NCBI GenBank assembly: GCA_963710375.1
Contig: CAVPZX010000005.1
Location: 256,001 to 320,000 of the forward strand
Direction: 5' to 3'
Origin: Nitrospirota bacterium
GTDB lineage: Bacteria > Nitrospirota > Thermodesulfovibrionia > Thermodesulfovibrionales > Dissulfurispiraceae
Length of the DNA stretch: 64,000 bases
Shown here: positions 58,365-64,000 of the stretch, one piece after another
Position numbering within the stretch: position 1 is the stretch's first letter
How the letters are laid out: each line of letters begins with the position of its first letter
Made by a program: the position numbers and the translations under genes
The notes under the pieces: model-generated
The model's database searches: none
The model's input: only the letters and a program-made list of their open reading frames with translations
Told to the model about the DNA's origin: nothing

Positions 58365-58546
58365 TGCAATTCAGACAGTAGATGAATCTCTGAAGCATTA
58401 GCGGAGTTTTGGAAACAGTTCTTGGCGAGTGAGCGTTAAACAGGAGCGAAACTGACCGAAGGGAATTTTGCGACTGTAGCGAGACGAGTCATAGAACTGT
58501 CAAAACGGAGCGTAGCGAAAGAGAGTCATCTACTGTCTGAATTGCA
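58365..58546. mobile_element. 182-bp palindromic element (MITE-like or structured RNA) with 27-bp terminal inverted repeats
   Basis: TGCAATTCAGACAGTAGATGAATCTCT / AGAGAGTCATCTACTGTCTGAATTGCA (26 of 27 complementary); inner stem ACAGTTCT/AGAACTGT. Confidence 0.6.
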
Positions 58547-58633
58547 GTTCCCATAATACGTTATATTTGAAAAAGTGTTAAAATTATTAAAGTGTTTATA
58601 CTATGGCTTTTCTGCAGTGTGTGAGATTATTCC

Positions 58634-59608
58634 ATGCCTAAAGTGAGCATTATCATTGTCAATTATAACGGAGAGCGGGTACTTGGGGATTGTCTCAGGG
58701 CTGTTGAGGGACAGACCTTCAGGGATTTCGAAATTGTTCTCGTAGACAACGCCTCCACTGATGGTTCACAGTCACTGGCCGGACATCTTAACTTTATCTC
58801 TTTGCCGGAGAACCGGGGTTTCACAGGAGGAAATATAGAGGGACTGCGGCATTGCGCCGGGGATTATATCGTCCTTCTTAACAATGACACGGAGCCGGAA
58901 AGGGGATGGCTTCAGGCCCTTGTGGATGCTGCAGATGCCCATCCGGAAGTCGGCATCTGCGCTTCGAAGCTGATCAAACACGGCACTAATCGTATTGACA
59001 GCGCAGGAGACCTCTTTTCCAAAGCCTTGAAAGGGTTTAAGCGCGGCGAGGGTGATGTTGACAATGGTTTTAACCGGGAGGAGTACATTTTCGGCGCCTG
59101 CGCAGGAGCGGCGCTGTACAGGCGTTCAATGCTGGATGAAATAGGCTTCCTGGATGAGGACTTTTTTTTGATTCACGAAGATACTGATTTGAACTGGAGG
59201 GCGCAGCTTGCAGGCTGGAAGGTATTGTATGTCCCATCTGCTGCGGTATATCATAAAGTAAGGTCAACTATAGGTCAGATGAGCGATCTTGCTGTTTACT
59301 ATACACTGAGAAATGCCGTATTTGTAAGGATAAAAAATATCCCCTTCCGTGTATTCCTGCGCTGCCTGCCTTCTTTTCTTGCCGGAATGCTGACGGAGTT
59401 TTTTTTGTTCGGCATAAGACACAGGCGTCCGGGGCTGTATATCAAGGCGAAAAGTGATGCTCTGCGACTGCTCCCGCGGATGTTAAAAAAAAGAACTGAC
59501 ATTATGAAGAAACGTAAAGTGTCTGATGCGTATATACTTTCGTTAATGACCTCTGTATGGGAGAAGAAATTCCTGCGGGCCAAATTCAAGAGATTGCTCT
59601 ATGGTTAG
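58634..59608 (+). CDS. Glycosyltransferase family 2
   Basis: VSIIIVNYN, VDNASTD, LLNND, GACAGAALYR, FLDEDFF..HED.DL.WR. Confidence 0.93.
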   Translation: MPKVSIIIVNYNGERVLGDCLRAVEGQTFRDFEIVLVDNASTDGSQSLAGHLNFISLPENRGFTGGNIEGLRHCAGDYIVLLNNDTEPERGWLQALVDAADAHPEVGICASKLIKHGTNRIDSAGDLFSKALKGFKRGEGDVDNGFNREEYIFGACAGAALYRRSMLDEIGFLDEDFFLIHEDTDLNWRAQLAGWKVLYVPSAAVYHKVRSTIGQMSDLAVYYTLRNAVFVRIKNIPFRVFLRCLPSFLAGMLTEFFLFGIRHRRPGLYIKAKSDALRLLPRMLKKRTDIMKKRKVSDAYILSLMTSVWEKKFLRAKFKRLLYG

Positions 59609-60515
59609 CGTTATTATTCTCACTCTCAACGCGGGTGAAAGATTGCGTTCCCTCCTGGAGGCCCTGCTGCCGCAAACGGTGCCGTTGGAGCTAATGGTGG
59701 TCGATTCCTCTTCAACAGACAGTACACTTTCTATTGCTAGAGCTTACGGGGCAAAAGTCGCAACAGTGCAGAGGAGTGATTTCGATCATGGCGCTACCCG
59801 AAATTTCGGTATCCTCCAGACTTCCGGAGACATTGTGGTATTCCTAACGCAGGATGTGGTTCCTGTGGGTAGAGATACGATGGAGAGGCTTATCGCGCCT
59901 TTTTATGCCGATGAACTGGTAGGATGTGTTTATGGAAGGCAGCTGCCTTCCCCCGAAGCCACGGTTTTTGCCGCACACTCACGGATTTTCAATTATGGCC
60001 CTACTTCACTGGTAAAGTCCCGGGAGAACGGCGAAAGGGGAATAAAGGTCCCTTTTCTCTCTAATTCCTTTGCCGCATACAGGAGAAAAGCACTTGAAGA
60101 AATTGGTCTTTTTAAAGAAGGCCTTATCTCAACAGAGGACACATACGCAGGAGCCAGGATGCTCATGGCCGGTTACAGGATCGCCTACGCATCGGACGCT
60201 GCGGTATACCATTCACACAACTATACTCTCATGGAAGAATTCCGGCGGTACTTCGATATAGGGGTCTTTCACCGGAGGGAAAAATGGATTATTGAAACCT
60301 TTGGAAGGGCGGAGGACGAGGGGAGCAGATTTCTACTGTCTGAGTTGCGGTATATAGCCAGGGAGGCTAAATATGGTCTTCTGCCCGAATTTTTGGCCCG
60401 GAATAGTTTAAAATACCTTGGCTTCTCCCTTGGACGGCAGTATGAAAAACTGCCTTTGAAAATAATTAATAAAATTGAGCAAGAACAAAAATTATTGGGA
60501 AAAAAAACAGGTTAA
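59601..60515 (+). CDS. GT2 rhamnosyltransferase-like protein
   Basis: VDSSSTD, FDHGATRN, FLTQD, YGRQLP, SNSFAAYRR, VYHSHNY, RYFDIG; possible frameshift in the last ~15 codons. Confidence 0.9.
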   Translation: MVSVIILTLNAGERLRSLLEALLPQTVPLELMVVDSSSTDSTLSIARAYGAKVATVQRSDFDHGATRNFGILQTSGDIVVFLTQDVVPVGRDTMERLIAPFYADELVGCVYGRQLPSPEATVFAAHSRIFNYGPTSLVKSRENGERGIKVPFLSNSFAAYRRKALEEIGLFKEGLISTEDTYAGARMLMAGYRIAYASDAAVYHSHNYTLMEEFRRYFDIGVFHRREKWIIETFGRAEDEGSRFLLSELRYIAREAKYGLLPEFLARNSLKYLGFSLGRQYEKLPLKIINKIEQEQKLLGKKTG

Positions 60516-60580
60516 GGTTGAGGTTGAGGTTAAGACTGGCGGTTCTTAGTTTTTCTTAACCTTAACCTTAGCCTTAACCT
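60508..60580. repeat. AGGTT(A/G) arm, unique core and TAACCT inverted arm
   Basis: AGGTTAAGGTTGAGGTTGAGGTTAAG-ACTGGCGGTTCTTAGTTTT-TCTTAACCTTAACCTTAGCCTTAACCT. Confidence 0.92.
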
Positions 60581-60603
60581 ATATGTGGATATGCGTATCA
60601 ATA

Positions 60604-62046
60604 ATGGATATAAAGAAACTGCCGGTATAGCGGGCGCTTGCCTCGCTGGACATTGCATCCTTTTATCTGTCCCTGTTTCTTGCTTATTACGCGCGCAAAT
60701 TTCTAAATACTGTTTTCCCGGGTCTCATACCTCTGGAATTCGGCCTGCGCCACTTTGTCCTTTTCTGGTGGATGCCGGTCATCTTCATCCTCGTCATCGC
60801 ATACGAAGGGCAATTCACAAAGAGGATGCCTTTCTGGGACGAAGTAAGAGAATTGATAAAGGCAATTACCGTGGCCGTCGTTGTTATCTTTGCGGTCACT
60901 AGTCTCGGAAAGTTCACCTACAAAATATCCAGGCTTACTTTCATCCTGCTATACATGTGCAGCATAGTTGTCTTTCCTTTTATGCGGCTTATGGGGAAGA
61001 AGATGCTATACCGGATGAATATCTGGAGGGAAAACCTTATTATCATCGGCGCGGGAAGGGCTGGAAAGGAAATTGCCAGGGGCATCGATAGCGAAAGTCA
61101 TATGGGGTACAATATCATCGGATTCCTCGACGACGATCCGGACAAGATAGGCCGGACAATAGAGATCAATAACAAGGAACTCAAGGTCTTCGGCAAGGTA
61201 AAGAATTTCAGGAAATTCCTCTCGCTGATGGATGTTCCAACGGTGATTATTGCAATTCCCTCCCTCATTGTGGAGGAGCTCACGAAGCTGACTGAGGATG
61301 TTCAGAAATATACCAGGCGCGTCCTTCTCGTGCCCGACCTGAAAGGCATTGCCCTGGTAAACACCGAACTCGAGAACCTGTCCGGGCAGCAACTGTTTAT
61401 GCTGAAGATCAACAACAACCTGAAGTCGGACTTCAATAAATTTGTCAAGAAGTGCTTCGACGTTGTTTTCTCCATTCTCTTGTTGCCTTTCCTTTTCGTT
61501 ATGGTGGTCATCTTTGGGATTTTGATACGCGCGGATTCCAGGGGAACTGTTTTCCTAATGCAGGACAGGATCGGCAAGGGGGGGAAGCTTTTCAAATGCA
61601 TAAAGTTCAGGACCATGTTCTCGAACGCTGACGAAATATTGGACAACTATCTTGAAAAGAACGAAGAGGTCAGGGCTGAGTGGAGCCGGTACAAAAAACT
61701 TCGTGATTATGATCCGCGCGTAACACGGGTGGGCAGGTTTCTGAGAAGGACCTCCCTGGACGAACTGCCCCAGATTTTCAATGTGCTTGCCGGCGATATG
61801 AGTTTCGTGGGCCCGCGCCCCTATCTGCCTGAGGAAGAGGAGGAGATACGGGGATATTCCGATCTGATCTTAGTCGCCAGCCCCGGGATCACCGGGCTCT
61901 GGCAGGTCTCGGGCAGAAACATACTGGATTTCGATGAAAGGGTGAGGCTCGCCGTATGGTACGTCCTGAACTGGTCCCTCTGGCTCGACATAGTCATCCT
62001 TTTCAAGACTATCAGGGTAGTCCTAAACAAGGAGGGAGCGTATTAA
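60604..62046 (+). CDS. wbaP: Undecaprenyl-phosphate sugar phosphotransferase (initiating enzyme); in-frame TAG at 60628-60630
   Basis: [73 protein letters not shown]; the frame continues upstream of ATG 60772 through a TM helix. Confidence 0.88.
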
Positions 62047-62049
62047 AAC

Positions 62050-62188
62050 AGGTTAAGGCTAAGGTTAAGGCTGAGAAAACAGAAGGGCTTATTAAGTCAG
62101 GTTAAAGGCTAAGGCTACGAAAAACTAAGGACTGTCAGTCTTAACCTCAACCTCAACCTCAACCTTAGCCTGCCTTTTTAAGGTTAAG
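62050..62188. repeat. AGGTTA/AGGCTA arm, core and TAACCT/CAACCT arm upstream of four-helix-bundle gene 3
   Basis: Read directly; 62099-62172 is an inverted copy of 60508-60580. Confidence 0.9.
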
Positions 62189-62206
62189 AAAACAAAAAAT
62201 ACACAT

Positions 62207-62572
62207 ATGTATAAAACTTTTAAAGAGATGCCAGTGTGGCAAAAGGCAATTGATGCTGCTGAAATAGTGCATGAGCTTACGATAAAATTACCTAGAAAAG
62301 AAGATTACGGATTTACTTCACAAATAAGAAGGTCTGCTCTAAGTATATCGGCGAATATAGCAGAAGCATTTGGAAGAAATCATACTATGGACAAAATAAA
62401 TTTTTATTATATGGCGAGAGGCTCTTTAACTGAGACTCAAAGCCATTTAGAATACGGTAAAAGAGTTGGCTATATTAATTCCCAAAAAGCTGATGAACTC
62501 GAAAAAGTTTTTTGCGATATTCACAACGCTATAAATAAAGTAATTTTAACCTTGCGAGGACCAAACAAATGA
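62207..62572 (+). CDS. Four helix bundle protein (TIGR02436-like) #3
   Basis: FKEMPVWQKA, LPRKEDYGFTSQIRRSALSISANIAEAFGR, FYYMARGSLTETQSHL. Confidence 0.93.
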   Translation: MYKTFKEMPVWQKAIDAAEIVHELTIKLPRKEDYGFTSQIRRSALSISANIAEAFGRNHTMDKINFYYMARGSLTETQSHLEYGKRVGYINSQKADELEKVFCDIHNAINKVILTLRGPNK

Positions 62573-62589
62573 CTGGTCGGCTTTCCCCC

Positions 62590-62833
62590 TTAACCTTAAC
62601 CTTAACCTTAACCTTAACCTATTCTTTAGGGGTGTCTGAATGACAGTTCTTTTTTACATTTTAATCTTAACCTTAACCTTAGCCTATTCTTTAGGGGTGT
62701 TTAAATGACAGTTCTCTTTTACAATTTAATCTTAACCTTAACCTTAACCTTAACCTTAACCTATTCTTTAGGGGTGTCTGAATGACAGTTCTTTTTTACA
62801 TTTTAATCTTAACCTTAACCTTAGCCTTAACCT
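62590..62833 (+). repeat. TAACCT arrays inside three tandem copies of an RBS+ATG unit
   Basis: CTATTCTTTAGGGGTGT(C/T)T(G/A)AATGACAGTTCT(T/C)TTTTACA(T/A)TTTAATCTTAACC occurs three times with variable (TAACCT)n. Confidence 0.93.
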
Positions 62834-64000
62834 ATTCTTTGGCGAGACTCGCCAAGTTAGAAGGAATGGCGAAGAGTGCTGAGGCAATTGTGGGGGAACT
62901 CAGGCAACAGATCCAGCAGAAGGAACAGGTTGCAAGTCAATTAAGGGACGTGCTTGATAGCGAGCGGCATCAGAGGATAGAGACGGTGACGCGTCTTGAG
63001 GAATCGCAGAAGCGGTTGGAAGATTCCTATAGGAGCCTTGAGCAGCAGAAAGAGCTTATCGAGGTAATGAAAAAAGAGATAACCGATACCTTCAGCGTGC
63101 TTTCCGGTGCTGCGTTGAAAAGCAGCAGTGAGGATTTTCTGAGACTCGCCTCGGAGAACCTGGAGAAGATCGTTGCCGATACAAAAGGGAAGCTCGGTGA
63201 GCACCAGGCCGCTATGGACGGTACGATCAAACCCCTTCATGAAATGCTGAAAAGATACGAGCAGCAACTCAGGGACATAGAGGAGAACAGACACAAAAGC
63301 TTCGGCAGTCTTACAGAGCAGCTCAGGTCACTTGCCGGGATGCACGAGCAGTTGCAGCGCGAGACAAACAGCCTTGTTACAGCGCTGAGAAGGCCCAAGA
63401 TCAGCGGCTCATGGGGCGAACTGGGGCTCAGGAGAGTTGTGGAACTTGCTGGCATGACGGCTTATTGCGATTTCTACGAGCAGGAATCGGTTTCGACTGA
63501 TTCGGGACGTCTGAGGCCGGACATGATTGTGCGGCTTCCAAACGGGAGGGAGATCGTGATTGATGCCAAAGCCCCTGTCGACGCTTTTATGGGCATGGTC
63601 TCAGCTGCTACGGAAGAAGAGAGGAAGAAGGCCATAGCGAATTACATCGGCAGTGTGAGGAACCATATGAATATGCTCAGTTCGAAGGCATACTGGGACC
63701 AGTTTGACCGGTCCCCCGAAATAGTGGTCATGTATCTGCCGGGCGAGTCCTTTTTCAGCGCAGCTATTGAGTATGATCACAAGCTGATCGAGGACGGCAG
63801 TGCAAAGAAGGTCATTCTTGCCACCCCTACCACCTGTATCGCATTGCTGAAAGCCATTGCTTACGGCTGGCAGCAGGAACAGGCAGCCAAGAGCGCTCAG
63901 GAGATCGGCAAACTGGGCAAGGAATTGTACGAGCGCTTTTCCGTCATGCTTGAGCATTACGCTAAGACAGGCCTCGCTATCCGCAAGGCGGTGGAATCCT
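62782..64000 (+). CDS. rmuC: DNA recombination protein RmuC (runs off the window end)
   Basis: Translated by hand: N-terminal TM segment and coiled coil, then LVTALRRPKISGSWGELGLRRVVELAGM, RPDMIVRLPNGREIVIDAKAP, LSSKAYW, VVMYLPGE, LATPTT. Confidence 0.92.
   Translation, partial: MTVLFYILILTLTLALTYSLARLAKLEGMAKSAEAIVGELRQQIQQKEQVASQLRDVLDSERHQRIETVTRLEESQKRLEDSYRSLEQQKELIEVMKKEITDTFSVLSGAALKSSSEDFLRLASENLEKIVADTKGKLGEHQAAMDGTIKPLHEMLKRYEQQLRDIEENRHKSFGSLTEQLRSLAGMHEQLQRETNSLVTALRRPKISGSWGELGLRRVVELAGMTAYCDFYEQESVSTDSGRLRPDMIVRLPNGREIVIDAKAPVDAFMGMVSAATEEERKKAIANYIGSVRNHMNMLSSKAYWDQFDRSPEIVVMYLPGESFFSAAIEYDHKLIEDGSAKKVILATPTTCIALLKAIAYGWQQEQAAKSAQEIGKLGKELYERFSVMLEHYAKTGLAIRKAVES

Noticed and set aside
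60628..60630. Pyrrolysine or alternative genetic code
   Set aside because: Several other genes here end normally at TAG and no pyl genes are visible; a single codon is insufficient evidence.
60585..60902. 105-aa ORF as a separate gene
   Set aside because: It is an alternate frame over the true wbaP N-terminus.
62941..63957. Minus-strand ORFs at the window end
   Set aside because: They are antisense shadows of rmuC, which the ORF track missed because it has no stop within the window.

Overview
Almost the whole window is one large, mostly + strand surface-polysaccharide (LPS O-antigen/capsule-like) biosynthesis locus from a Gram-negative bacterium. It encodes nucleotide-sugar enzymes (HpcH aldolase, KdsB-like cytidylyltransferase, NeuB-cupin fusion, ThDP enzyme, several epimerases), four radical SAM proteins, many GT2/GT4 and membrane GT-C-like transferases, and a polyprenyl-phospho-pentose (UbiA/DprE1/DprE2-like) module. 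It also encodes a Wzm/Wzt exporter and a WbaP-type initiating transferase, and it ends in rmuC. Five toxin-antitoxin modules (one with a broken toxin), an AAA ATPase and several gene remnants are scattered through it. The most striking unexplained structure is a set of three four-helix-bundle (TIGR02436/IVP/bAvd-like) genes plus a remnant of a fourth. Each sits in its own family of short tandem repeats (GGACTGA; GCAAAGG/GCATAGG; AGGTTA), arranged as a purine-rich arm followed by a reverse-complement arm. The same repeats occur at neighbouring gene junctions without the gene, supply stop and start codons to flanking genes, and are inserted in frame inside enzymes. Upstream of rmuC they build a chain of ATGA-coupled mini-ORFs. 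Several frameshifts and one in-frame amber codon could be sequence errors or real decay. All family calls come from motif recognition by eye; no database search was run.
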